DNA of 63,010 nucleotides, counting the filler, from Welwitschia mirabilis (taxonomy: Eukaryota): the NCBI GenBank assembly GCA_051453625.1. It is 4 parts of one record of this genome, joined end to end, with 100 filler letters (N's around TTAATTAATTAA, not from the genome) between each part and the next. Parts side by side here need not be neighbours in the genome. Positions count along the whole stretch, not along the records: positions 1 to 25,837 come from JBOZIK010000001.1; 3 more parts are not named here. One strand, 5' to 3'. Position numbers and translations under genes: made by a program. The notes beneath the pieces are model-generated. The model saw only the letters and a program-made list of their open reading frames with translations, made no database searches and was not told the DNA's origin. Positions 1 through 13,080 of the stretch are shown here, piece after piece (position 1 is the stretch's first letter; every line of letters begins with the position of its first letter).

Positions 1-462
1 TTCAAATTTTGAAATAAACATCTGCAGTTTTACTTTCTTAATAGTGGATGTTCCATCATGTGCCACTTTTAAAATATTCCAAGCTTCCTTTGCATGGTTA
101 CAGTTCATAATTTTTTTAAATTCATTTGCACATACTACACAAAAAATAGCATTAAGAACATGGACATCAATGATGACTTTTTCTTTATCTGTGGGAGTTC
201 ATTGGTCTTGGGATTTGGAAACTAAGATAGTATGACATTCCCATCAGTTTGTATTATCATAGGCAGGGTATGACCTTTGTATATGACTTCCTCTATATCA
301 GCATCTAAAGATCTGAGAAAGATTCTCATCCTAGCTTTCCAATAGGCATAGTTTGAACCATCAAATATGGGTGAATGACAAGTTAAAAATCCATCAGTTG
401 GATTACTCATTTTTAGGACTCTTAAGTCTAAATCTATAAAAATCTCTCAAAGACTAACCTAA

Positions 463-474
463 GCTCTGATATCA
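463..474 (-). promoter_or_regulatory. Primer-binding site (tRNA-Met-i)
   Basis: Minus strand TGATATCAGAGC vs consensus TGGTATCAGAGC, 2 nt from the LTR end. Confidence 0.8.
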
Positions 475-777
475 AATGATAGAATCAAGGACCCTAAGGG
501 GCATAAATAGGTTCTTTCAAAAACTTATGCCCAAAATAAAATTAAATTTATCTAAGCATAGTTTACATATGAAAATAATGGAATCAAGAATTATGCATAC
601 AAAAATGAAAAACTGAAAGTGAAAAATCAAAAGAAAGAAAAGCACAAACTACCAATTGTGATGCACACTATATTTATAGTGGTTTAGGAACTTCCCTACT
701 CCACTCTCGGTGATCAGCTTCTTTTAATCTTGATCTTGAATCTCTGTTACTCCACAGGTTTTCTCAGGTTCATCTGT

Positions 778-880
778 AACCCTTACAAGCAGACTTTTAT
801 AAGCTAAGTCTCAATCTTAACAATGGACTTTTGTAGGCTAAGTCTCAACCTTAATAATAGACTTTTGTAGGCTAAGTCTG
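778..880. repeat. ~34-bp tandem repeat (about 3 copies) inside the LTR
   Basis: Repeated gactttt(a/g)ta(a/g)gctaagtctcaa(t/c)cttaa unit. Confidence 0.8.
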
Positions 881-2439
881 AAGATTTAAAAGTAATGGAT
901 GTGATGCAATGATGCCTTGATTGCTCAGATATCACACATTCTATAGTAGTATAATGAATGGAGCTCTACTCCAATAAATCACAATGATTAAGCTCTTAGA
1001 TCTAATTTAAATAAATCTCTTGTACTAATGATTGATCTCCTCAATTAGATGTAAAGCAATATAATAATACACCAATGAAAAATACAACCTAATCTTTTAG
1101 ATCCACAATGATTATGCTAAATAAAAATAGTGCTAAAAAGATCTCTAGGTCAAAAATAGCATAGTTATTTATAATGGAGGGCTACTAGGATTTATTACAA
1201 ATGAATTACACCTCCACCAGTTATAAATGGCTAGAAAATGACTAGGTAATGGATACATAATTTTTAGATACTTTATTTTTCCATGTCATTTGGTCAATTC
1301 CATAAAAATCTGATTGACCCCATGAGAGCTTAGTTGACCCCTTGCCTTTTGGTTTAGAACTATGGTCTATCAGCTTCTCAGGTATAATTGATCCCATGAA
1401 AATCTGATAGACCCCTTTCCTATCATTTTGGAACCATTGCCTATCAGTTCCTCTAATATGGTCGATCCCATAAAAATCTAGTTGACCCCTCTAGGTTTAG
1501 TCCAATTTACTTGTAATAGCTNNNNNNNNNNNNNNNNNNNNNNNNNNNNNNNNNNNNNNNNNNNNNNNNNNNNNNNNNNNNNNNNNNNNNNNNNNNNNNN
1601 NNNNNNNNNNNNNNNNNNNNNNNNNNNNNNNNNNNNNNNNNNNNNNNNNNNNNNNNNNNNNNNNNNNNNNNNNNNNNNNNNNNNNNNNNNNNNNNNNNNN
1701 NNNNNNNNNNNNNNNNNNNNNNNNNNNNNNNNNNNNNNNNNNNNNNNNNNNNNNNNNNNNNNNNNNNNNNNNNNNNNNNNNNNNNNNNNNNNNNNNNNNN
1801 NNNNNNNNNNNNNNNNNNNNNNNNNNNNNNNNNNNNNNNNNNNNNNNNNNNNNNNNNNNNNNNNNNNNNNNNNNNNNNNNNNNNNNNNNNNNNNNNNNNN
1901 NNNNNNNNNNNNNNNNNNNNNNNNNNNNNNNNNNNNNNNNNNNNNNNNNNNNNNNNNNNNNNNNNNNNNNNNNNNNNNNNNNNNNNNNNNNNNNNNNNNN
2001 NNNNNNNNNNNNNNNNNNNNNNNNNNNNNNNNNNNNNNNNNNNNNNNNNNNNNNNNNNNNNNNNNNNNNNNNNNNNNNNNNNNNNNNNNNNNNNNNNNNN
2101 NNNNNNNNNNNNNNNNNNNNNNNNNNNNNNNNNNNNNNNNNNNNNNNNNNNNNNNNNNNNNNNNNNNNNNNNNNNNNNNNNNNNNNNNNNNNNNNNNNNN
2201 NNNNNNNNNNNNNNNNNNNNNNNNNNNNNNNNNNNNNNNNNNNNNNNNNAGGTGCAGTCATCCCCTTTAGGATCTAGTCGACCCCTACTAGAGGTTAACA
2301 TACCTTAGCAGGTTTTTGGTGCATTTTTTGTCCAATTCTTTCACCTACAAAACTTAATCTCATCTGCACATAAGATATAACTTTTGCATTACACAAGAGA
2401 TATTATCTTAACATCAATTGACAAATATAATCTAACACA

Positions 2440-3371
2440 GACAACTCTGTAGAAGGGCTTTCCATGGTTGACGTCATTCAAAAAAAATGACTTGGGTTCA
2501 AGACTTAGACTGATTGGGTCTCTCATGTCAATGTCCTTTAGAGAGAGGGAATAACATTATTTATAATGAAAATGTTCAAAAAATACGAGTTTTTCTATGT
2601 TAGAATTCCTAAAATTAACAATACACTCAATAGATTGAGCCAATGAAAAAGCCACTAAATATTCTAGAAGTTCACAATTCTGCAGGATGTATTGTTAATT
2701 TTAGTAATTCCTTTAATGAAATAATTGCTAAAACCCTTCACCCAAAAAATCACCTAAATATGATCACATTCACAGTGGATAATAAGAAAAAAGCAAGAAG
2801 GAATTTTAGAATTTTTACTTGGGATTAAGGAAAAGTTTAGATAGGAAATTCAATAAAGAATGTGATTAAAGAAGAGCTCAACCACTTATCCTTATTAGAC
2901 ATGGACACAAAGATGGCAATGCAACCACTTACTTAAGCTTTATTAGAAGATCACAAGCATATTTCTTTTTAAATAAAAGTAAACCACCTTTATATCACCA
3001 AATTCCATCATTAAAAAAGGAAGTAGGGAAAACCAATCTTTTTTAAAGCAAACTCACAACATAGGTAAGTTAGAAATGTATAAAACATGGACACAAGATC
3101 ATTGATATCAAGCATTCCATCCAAAAAGAGAAGTAAGACTAGAATGCACTAATCAGTGGAGAATACAAAAAAGTTAGAATTTGCAGTGCTACGATAAAAT
3201 CCATAATAAATGAGATAAGAGCTCAACTGCTTCAGCCCACTTACACAGATTGTTTCAAGCCATAAAGCATGCTCTTGAGATGACAAACATGATCAATCTT
3301 GAAGGAATCAACAAACCATAGTAGCTAAGACATGTAGATATTCTTTAGAAGGTGGCCATATAAGAATGTAG
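2440..3371 (+). pseudogene. Decayed RT / RNase H, probably an endogenous caulimovirid (part 1)
   Basis: HVNVL*REGITL..KM..YEFF..I (2524-2607) resembles the post-YxDD RT segment. EVHNSAGCIVNFSNSFNEIIAK resembles the RT thumb (FLG.VN.....IAK). KTCRYS at 3327-3344, read CRYS.GIW with a frameshift in the duplicate copy near 3716, resembles the caulimovirus RNase H ICRYASG motif. Confidence 0.45.
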
Positions 3372-3376
3372 TTCTT

Positions 3377-6300
3377 TTTCAGATCTTACCATTGAAATGT
3401 AACTATAGTCACACTGAGACTACAAAATATAAAAAAAAAAAGAAAGAAGAAGAAGAAGAAAAGNNNNNNNNNNNNNNNNNNNNNNNNNNNNNNNNNNNNN
3501 NNNNNNNNNNNNNNNNNNNNNNNNNNNNNNNNNNNNNNNNNNNNNNNNNNNNNNNNNNNNNNNCTACAGTGCTACAATAAAAGCCATAATAAATGAGATA
3601 AGAGCTAAAATGCTTCAATCAACTCACACAGATTATTTCAAGCCATAAATCATGCTCATAAAATGATAAACATGATCAATCTTGAAGGAATCTACAAACC
3701 ATAGTAGTTGAGACATGTAGATATTCTTTGGAATATGGCCATATAAGAATGTAGTCTTTTTTCAAATCTTGCCATTGAAATGTAACTATAGTCACACTGA
3801 GACTACAAAAATATGAAAAAAAAAGAANNNNNNNNNNNNNNNNNNNNNNNNNNNNNNNNNNNNNNNNNNNNNNNNNNNNNNNNNNNNNNNNNNNNNNNNN
3901 NNNNNNNNNNNNNNNNNNNNNNNNNNNACTGAGACTACAAAATATAAAAAAAAAAAGAAAGAAGAAGAAGAAGAAAAGATAAATTCTATTAGAAAATGAA
4001 TAGTAAAACACACACACTCTTTATTTAGTTGAAGTGCTACTTAAGTATACTAAAATCTGTAACCAACTCCACAATTTGGATGATCCATCATCACGAAAAT
4101 AGAAAGAATCATATGTCCACCACTTACATTATTTGTTAAAAAAATACTAGAAATATCACAACTATAGAATCATACAATAACTCATGGACACATCACGTAC
4201 TACTAAATAAAAGATAAACTTCTACATTAACAACTAAGACACCCCCTTAATGGAGAAATCTAAAACATCTAACAACTCTGTTAAACATAAAAATTTTGCC
4301 AATGGAAGTGGTTTTATGAATATATCAACTACTTGATAATTAATGATGTGTCTCTCTATGTCTTATGCAACTGTGAAACATTGGATTTTTTTTGTCATTG
4401 TAATTGTTGATTGATTGTCCTAATGAATGAATGCTCCCTGTTGTTGATTTTGCTTTATATCTTCTAAAATTCTTTGCAACCAAACTTTTGAGAAGGTGCT
4501 ATAGTTACAACCATATATTCAACCTCTTAGGATGCTAATGCAATAGATGGTTACTTTTTTGAACTTCATGATATAGCTCTTGTGCCACTAGTGGAAACAT
4601 AACTTGTAGTGCTCTTCCGATCATAAATGGAACTTGCTAAATCACTATTAGAAAAACCACACAACTTAAGATTTTTACCATGTGCATACCTAATTCTGAA
4701 TGAACTTGTCCCCTTTAAGTATCTTAGAATTCTTTTGATAGACCCCAAGTGATTCTTGCTAGAACCATGCATAAACATGATAAAAAGCTAGCTTTTTACA
4801 AAATATCTAGTCAATTATTTGTAACATAAAGTAGGCTCTTAATCTAGCTCTAAAAGACATGAAGATTAACCTTTTCTTCCCCATTGTCCAATTAAACTTT
4901 TGGTTAGTGCATATTAGAGTTCTTGTAGGATTGAAAGCCTTCAACTTGAACCTTTCTAAAAGACCAGTAACATAGTTTTCTTGAGAAATAAAAATTATGA
5001 CATTGCTTCACTTCTAGTTTAATAAAGTAAGCCCAAATTAATTATTTTAAACTTCTTAATCATAAGACTTTTAAACTCATTTGTCAAGGTAAAATTGTTA
5101 CTTGTATAAAATCATCCCTGTAAAGTCACATAATAAAAATTTCATTAGTATCTTTGATTTTAGCTTACAAACTTGACTCATTTGCACTTTCGTCATATTC
5201 ATTCTAGCTGAAATGCCCATTAATCTTCTCATACAAGGTCCTCAAAGCTTGTTTAAAACCATAAAGAACTTTTCTCAACTAGTATATCTTTGATTCTTAT
5301 CCTGAAACTTCATAGCCTTTGGCTGCTTTACATAAACTTGCTTATCTAAATGCCATTTAGAAAGGCTAACTTAACATCAAATTGATAAATTTTTTTCATT
5401 TATGATGAGAAAAAAATGGATAAAATAGTTTAAATAGTATCAAACCTAGCTACTGGAGAGAAATATTATTTAAAATCAACATCCTTTCATTGCATATAGC
5501 CTCATGCAACTAGCTGTATCTTGCCTTTCTAAACTAATCCATCAACTTTGTATTTGAATTTAAAACATCATTTTAGGCCAACAACTTCTTTGCTATTTGG
5601 TAGATCAATAAGCTCCACATCCTTTTTCTTTTCAAAGGCTTCATCTCTTCATCCATGACAGCATACCATTCTTTATATTTTACTTCTTTAAAACAACTTG
5701 ATTCTCTAACATGTGCAAATTAACATCTTTTTATCCTCTTATAGTTTTCTTGCAAGAATCTTCCCTTAGTGATATTTCAGGAGAAAAAATTGGTGAGGCT
5801 GCATTTAAAGTTCTAGATGGACTACTTAGTGGTGTGGAAGAACTAAAACTTTCATTCTCATCTCTTGGTATAATATATGTGTTCACTAGCTCATCATCTT
5901 ATTGAATAAGACTTGGATCTTGATACAAATTATTTTAATNNNNNNNNNNNNNNNNNNNNNNNNNNNNNNNNNNNNNNNNNNNNNNNNNNNNNNNNNNNNN
6001 NNNNNNNNNNNNNNNNNNNNNNNNNNNNNNNNNNNNNNNTCATACCTAATTCTGAATGAACTTGTCCTCTTTAAGTATCTTAGAATTCTTTTGATAGCCC
6101 CCGAGTGATTCTTGCTAGAACCATGCATAAAACATGATAAAAACCTAGTTTTTTTCCAAAATATCTAGTCTATTATTTGTAACATAAAGTAGGCTCTTAA
6201 TCTAACTCTAAAAGACATGAAGATTAACCTTTTCTTCCCCGTCATCCAATTAAACTTTTGGTTAGTACATATTACAGTTCTTATAGGATTGAAATCCCTC

Positions 6301-9300
6301 AACTTGAACCTTTCTAGAAGACTAATAACATAGTTTTCTTAAGAAATAAAAATTCCTTCATGACATTGCTTCACTTCTAATTCAAGAAAGTAAGCCCAAA
6401 TAAATTACTTTAAACTTCTTAATCATAAGAATTTTAAACTCATTTGTTAAGGTAAAACTGTTACTTGTATAAAATCATCCTTGTAAAGTCATAAAATAAG
6501 AATTTCATTAGTACCTTTGATTTTGGCTTACAAACTTGACTCATTTGCACTTTCATCAAATTCATTCTAGCTAAAATGCCCATTAATCTTCTCATACAAG
6601 GTCCTCAGAGTTTAAGGCCATAAAGGACTTTTCTCAACGAGTATATCTTTGATTCTTATCCTGAAACTTCATAGCCTTTGGCTACTTTACATAAACTTGC
6701 TCATCTAAATGCCATTTAGAAAGGCTAACTTAACATCAAATTGATAAATTTTCTTCATCTATGATGATCAACAATAGATAAAGTAGTTTACATAGTATCA
6801 AACCTAGCTACTGGAGAGAAATATTATTTAAACTCAACACCCTTTCATTACATATAGCCTCATGCAACTAGCTGTATCTTGTCTTTTTAAACTAATCCAT
6901 CAACTTTGTATTTGAATTTAAAAAAATCCTTTTAGGCCAACAACTTCTTTGCTATTTGGTAGATCAATAAGCTCCACATCCTATTTCTTTTTGAAGGCTT
7001 CATGTCTTCATCCATGACATCATACCATTCTTTATATTTTACTTCTTTAAAATAACTTGATTCTCTAACATGTGTAAATTGACATCTTTTTATCCTCTTA
7101 TAGATTTCTTGCAAGAATCCTCCCTTAGTGATATTTTAGAAGAAGAAATTGATGAGGCTGCATTTAAGGTTCTAGGTGGACTACTTAGTGATGTGGAAGA
7201 ACTAAAACTTTCATTCTCATCTCTTGGTATAATATATGTGTCCACTAGCTCATCATCTTCTTAAATAAGACTCAGATCTTGATATAAATTATTCTAATTC
7301 CAAGAGTTTTTTTCCATCAAACACAATATCATGAATAATTATTAATTTCTTTATTTGAGGATTCAAAGATTGACATCCCTTGGTTTGAGTGCTATAACCC
7401 ACAAATATGCATTTCACACTATTATTATCTAGCTTCTCCTATCTTTGACATGGGATGTGAACATATGCATTGCAACCAAAACCCTTTAAATGGTTTAACT
7501 TAGGCTTCCACCCATGCCAAGCTTCAAAATGTGTTTTCTAGTACAATGTAAAAGTAGGCCTTCAATTGAGAATATGTGTCATTTTATTAACTACCTTTGT
7601 TCAAAAATAGTTTAAAAGACCTTTTCCTTTTAGCATCCATTTCACCCTCTCCACTAAACTTCTATTCTTTCTCTTAGCTACTCTATTTTTTTGTGGTGTT
7701 TCATTGGCTGTCAATTATCTTTAAATGCTACACTTTTCATAGAATATTCTAGACTCCTTAAAAGGAACTCACCATCATGATCTATTCATAGAATCTTTAT
7801 TAGCTTTCACTTTGCTTTTTGATTAATGTCTTCAATTTCTTGAAAACTAGTAGTACTTCTGACATTTTTTTAAATAAAATAAACCCATGTCATTCTATTA
7901 AAATCATCAACAAAAGTAATAAAACACCTGTTATTATTAAGAGAAGTTGTATGCCTAGATTCACAAGCATATGCATGTATGAATTTAGCAAGTTTTGTTG
8001 ATTTTCTTACTTTTTACTTTTAAAAAGAGTTGCGATGTTGCTTTGTAACTATGCAACTCCCAAACACATCATCGATATATTTAATGAATGGAAACTCATG
8101 CACTAAATTCTATGTAAACATAAAACCCAAACTTTTAAAATTCAAATGCCCATATCTATATCATCAAATCCATATTTCATTAAGCAAAGTGGCCTTTCAA
8201 TGCATGTTTATCATCACAAATAAGTTTAAGGGGAAAAATTTATTTTTGGCCATTGGTACTTCTACTAACATATGCCTTTTTGGTTCATCCTTGAATGCAT
8301 AACAAGTCAAAATTTTAAAAACAAGTGATTAGCCATCTAGTAGAAATTATCTGTAGTTAACAAATTTGAATCTAACTTAGGTACATATAAAACATTTTGT
8401 ATGCAATTTAAACAAAGTATATTTAGATTCATAATACCTTTTCTTTGTTTCTCATGAATGATTCCATTACCCATTATCACTTTACTAGTTATAGAATTGT
8501 CCAAGCTAATGAACTAATCTAGTTATCCTGTCATGTGGTTGTTTCAACCATTGTCAACATACCAAACTTCTAAAGTACATTATTTAGAAAAATAACATGC
8601 AAGAAATAAACTTTCAATCTCATCCTTGTCTTTCTCTTCAACTACATCGGCTTGATATTCTCTTAATTAGTAATAGTTCTTTATGTGTCCATACTTTTAT
8701 AGTAATAAAATTGCTTTTGGATTTGATTATCACCTGTGTCATTATTCTTGGGATGTTAATTATTTCCATCAAAGTGTTTGCAGTTCTACCTCATCTTCCT
8801 CTAGGAAAATATCTCTACCACATTAAGCCACCTTTATATCTTGATTTATCAATGCTTTTTCCACCTCTATCTAGAGGTAATTATAGCTTGTTATGAAAGG
8901 AATTCCTAATAGAATCACTATTATACCTTTACATCTTGTTTTCATTAGAATGAAGAGAGATAAACAACCCATTAGCACTTATTACACTTAAATCTTTTAA
9001 CTATTCTATTTTAGTTACTACATGACCATACTTCTCAGGTAAACTTCTAAGCATTTTTTGAATCACCTTTTTCTTACTCAAATCCTCATCGTACTTTCTT
9101 ATTTAGTTCATAGTATTCATCATGTTTGGAAAACAATCATTTAGAGCATCGTTATCTTTCATAAACAAACTTTTAAATTTTCAATGAAGCATTTAGAACC
9201 TAATAGTTGCTACCTTGCAATACCTTCATATCCTCTTTGTACTACACACCTCCTTAAACTTTTTTGCTATTGTAATGTAAGAAAAAATCATGTCATTCAC

Positions 9301-10590
9301 AACTTGTTGGATGAAAAATAATGTTTTAGCATTATTTTTTTAGACATCTTTAAGCATATTAGTTCTAACTCTTGCTCATGTATAACCATTATCTAGTAAA
9401 TTCTAGAGGCTTGATGATACAAATAGAGTCTTCATTTTTNNNNNNNNNNNNNNNNNNNNNNNNNNNNNNNNNNNNNNNNNNNNNNNNNNNNNNNNNNNNN
9501 NNNNNNNNNNNNNNNNNNNNNNNNNNNNNNNNNNNNNNNNNNNNNNNNNNNNNNNNNNNNNNNNNNNNNNNNNNNNNNNNNNNNNNNNNNNNNNNNNNNN
9601 NNNNNNNNNNNNNNNNNNNNNNNNNNNNNNNNNNNNNNNNNNNNNNNNNNNNNNNNNNNNNNNNNNNNNNNNNNNNNNNNNNNNNNNNNNNNNNNNNNNN
9701 NNNNNNNNNNNNNNNNNNNNNNNNNNNNNNNNNNNNNNNNNNNNNNNNNNNNNNNNNNNNNNNNNNNNNNNNNNNNNNNNNNNNNNNNNNNNNNNNNNNN
9801 NNNNNNNNNNNNNNNNNNNNNNNNNNNNNNNNNNNNNNNNNNNNNNNNNNNNNNNNNNNNNNNNNNNNNNNNNNNNNNNNNNNNNNNNNNNNNNNNNNNN
9901 NNNNNNNNNNNNNNNNNNNNNNNNNNNNNNNNNNNNNNNNNNNNNNNNNNNNNNNNNNNNNNNNNNNNNNNNNNNNNNNNNNNNNNNNNNNNNNNNNNNN
10001 NNNNNNNNNNNNNNNNNNNNNNNNNNNNNNNNNNNNNNNNNNNNNNNNNNNNNNNNNNNNNNNNNNNNNNNNNNNNNNNNNNNNNNNNNNNNNAGTCTTC
10101 ATTTTTGTCCTCCATAGTTACCATGCGCTACCATTATAGATTGGAATCATTAGTCATGACAAATTCACCTTGACATTATTGTTTGCCATCAGATTAGCTT
10201 CAAGAGTATTATTGCTTTGATACTAGATGTTAAAACTTGGCCATCGAAATGTAACTACAATCACACTAATATAATAAAAAAACCAAAAAAAAGGGGAAAA
10301 AAGGAAAAATAAGTGGAAATTCTATTAACCAGAGACAGATGCTAAAAAATGAATAGAAAAACACACACATTTTATTCAGTTAAAGTGCTACTTAAGTACA
10401 CTAAAAATCCATAACTGATTTTACTCTTTTAATAAGTCATCGCTACAAAAATAAGAACAATCATATTTTTATGACTTAAATTATCTATAGAAAATAATAA
10501 GAAGTAACACAAATATAGGAGTAAAAAATAACTTATGAAGACATTAGATATTACTAAGTAAAAGACAAATTATTACACTAATCACTAACA
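3377..10590 (-). mobile_element. Degenerate full-length Ty1/copia element (Ivana-like)
   Basis: 5' LTR 10228-10590 (tgttaa...ctaaca). PBS gctttgatacta 10214-10225. Gag start near 10190 (IPIYNGS..LWRTKMKT). Protease WYVDNG*NNHMTG near 8530-8565, integrase ~7300-8000. RT/RNase H includes HLGSIKRILRYLKGT...GFSNSDLASSIYDRKSTT. PPT cacccccttaa 4240-4250. 3' LTR ~3377-4239. Candidate TSD TTCTT at 3372-3376 and 10591-10595. Many stops and frameshifts. Confidence 0.88.
10228..10590 (-). repeat. 5' LTR of the Ivana-like copia (second assembled copy at ~10801-11162)
   Basis: TG...CA termini, adjacent PBS, and homology to 3377-4239 (ccattgaaatgtaacta; gaagtgctacttaagta). Confidence 0.8.
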
Positions 10591-10595
10591 TTCTT

Positions 10596-13080
10596 GACCT
10601 GAGATTAGGTTATGTTCCAATCATAAGTCAAGGCAATAATGAGAATAATCCAAAGAGTGGCTAATTATATAATAGGATAAAACGTTTATTTGANNNNNNN
10701 NNNNNNNNNNNNNNNNNNNNNNNNNNNNNNNNNNNNNNNNNNNNNNNNNNNNNNNNNNNNNNNNNNNNNNNNNNNNNNNNNNNNNNNNNNNNNTACTAGA
10801 TGTTAAACCCTAGCCATTGAAATGTAACTACAATCATACTAATATAATGAAAAAACAAAAAAAAAGGAGAAAAAAAGGAAAAATAAGTAGTAATTCTATT
10901 AAATAAAGATATATGCTATAAAATAAATAGAAAAACACACATATTTTATTCAGTTAAAGTGCTACCTAAGTACACTAAAAATCTATAATTGATTTTACTC
11001 TTTTAATAAGTCATCACTACAAAAATAAGAATAATCATATTTTTATAACTTAAATTATCTATAGAAAATAATAGAAGTAACACAAATATAGGAGTAAAAA
11101 TAACTTGTGAACACATTTGATATTACTAAGTAAAAGATAAATTATTACATTAATCACTAACATTCTTAACATGAGATTAGGTTATGTTCCAATCATAAGT
11201 CAAGGAAATAATGAGAATAATCCAAAGAGTGGCTAGTCATATAATAGGAGAAAATGTTTATTTGAAGTCTACACATTTCCATTGATCAAAATGCTTTTCT
11301 AGGAGTTGTTCTTTCAAATAATTAAGACTAAGACTAGGCTTAAGGTTAGTTTTAAAAGTTTATTTACAATCCAAAATATTGATGTAAGTTATTGAAAAAT
11401 AAGTATTTTTAGTATAGATGAAAAACTCCTTCTCCTCCATAACAAGATGCCAACTATAATGGTGAAAATCAAAAGGAATAGTTTTTCATTTAATAGGAAA
11501 ATCACCAACAATATGAATGTCAGCATATCTTGGGTTACAATTATACACATTTCTCGGCTCATCTAACCATCTTCCTTTTAACCTGAGGAGAATAAGGCTT
11601 CTATGAATGTGTGTCATTAATAGGTGTGATGGTGAGGAGAGATAAGGATCAGGGTGGTGCTTATGGTTACTTAAGTATCATGGTTGTTAATGGCTGAGTG
11701 GAGCTAAGTGGAAGAAATGACTTATACCCAAAAGAAGAGTGACTAGATAAAAGAGGGGTGGAATAAGATGGTCAAACATTCAAAAACATGGATAGTTCTT
11801 TTATGACTTGTGCATCTGTATGAAGAGAATTTAATATGATAAATGAAAAATCCAATTCATTGAAAACAACATTATGGTATATGTATGAATATCCAATTCT
11901 GAATGAAGGCACTAATAACCTTTTTATCAATCATTTTGTGTAATTCAGAAATAAGGTAGAATTTTATGATGAAATTTATGATGAAATTTATTTTTCCTAA
12001 AATGTTATGAATAAGAAGAACATTTACTACCAAAAAGCTAAAGTTACAAGTAATCTAGATTCTTATCATAAAGTAAATAAGATGTAAAACTACATTGCAT
12101 ATACACAGGACTTATATTTTCATAACTACAAATGGGAGAAGTGTGCTCAAGAAAGAATAGGCAACAATATGAAAAATCAACATGCAATTATAAAAAAAAG
12201 TGTAAAAACTATGATTTTGACTTGAAACAATTGCAAGCTANNNNNNNNNNNNNNNNNNNNNNNNNNNNNNNNNNNNNNNNNNNNNNNNNNNNNNNNNNNN
12301 NNNNNNNNNNNNNNNNNNNNNNNNNNNNNNNNNNNNNNNNACCAATAATATGAATATCAGCATATCTTAGGTTACAATTGTACACATTTCTCGGCTCATC
12401 TAACCATCTTCCTTTTAACCCAAGGAGAAGAAGGATTCTATGAATGTGTGTCATTAATATGTATGATGGTGAGGAGAGATGAGGATCAGGGTGATGCTTA
12501 TGGTTACTTAAGTATCATGGTTGTTAATGGCTGAGTAGAGCTAAGTGAAAGAAATTACTTATGCCCACAAGAAGAGTGACTAGATAAAAGAGGGATGAAA
12601 TAAGATGGTCAAACATTCAAAAAACATGGATAGTTATTTTATGACTTGTGCATCTGTATGAAGAGAATTTAATCTGATAAATGAAAAATCCAATTCATTG
12701 AAAACAACATTATGGTATATGTATAAATATACAATTCTGAATGAAGGCACTAATAATCTTTTTATCAATCATTTTGTCTAATTTAGACATAAAATATAAT
12801 TTTATGATGAAATTTATTGGTTCTAGAATGTTATGAATAAGGAGAAAATTTACTACCAAAAATCTAAAGTTACAAGTAATCTGGATTCTTATCATAAAGT
12901 AAATAAGATGCAAAACTACATTGCAGATACACAAGACTTATATTTTCATAACTACAAATGGGAGAAGTGTGCTCAAGAAAGAATAGCCAAAAATATGAAA
13001 ACTCAACATGCAATTATAAAAAAAGTGTAAAAACTGTGATTTTGGCTTGAAACATTTGAAATCTATTATTCCAAACCAGT
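10596..13080 (+). pseudogene. Continuation of the putative endogenous caulimovirid: rest of RNase H plus an unknown decayed ORF (part 2)
   Basis: *VKAIMRIIQRVANYIIG (10624-10677), completed as ...IIGENVYLKST in the duplicate near 11196-11273, aligns without gaps to the RNase H E..A....I.K...YL....F.IRTD segment. It is followed by a ~200-codon decayed frame from ~11600 with no integrase motifs. Confidence 0.45.

Larger units (their letters stand above)
1..2437 (-). mobile_element. 5' end of a SIRE-like Ty1/copia element (5' LTR, PBS, gag start), running off the window
   Basis: Minus ORF 222-410 MSNPTDGFLTCHSPIFDGSNYAYWKARMRIFLRSLD is a copia Gag N-terminus. gctctgatatca at 463-474 is the reverse complement of a Met-i PBS (1 mismatch). 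The LTR runs from tgatag (477) to probably ...tctaaca (2437). It has a SIRE-like U5 motif (ccctaaggggcataaatagg) and (gt)cgaccc/ttgaccc repeats, and includes an N gap. Confidence 0.8.

Noticed and set aside
1482-2301. Long ORFs of 195-264 aa in the ORF track (also near 9372-10139, 16505-17173, 23278-23954)
   Set aside because: They consist almost entirely of X from N gaps.
9423-10110. Possible ~650-bp insertion in the copia gag
   Set aside because: Both gap edges share agtcttcattttt and gag reads through, so the N run is probably an overestimated gap.
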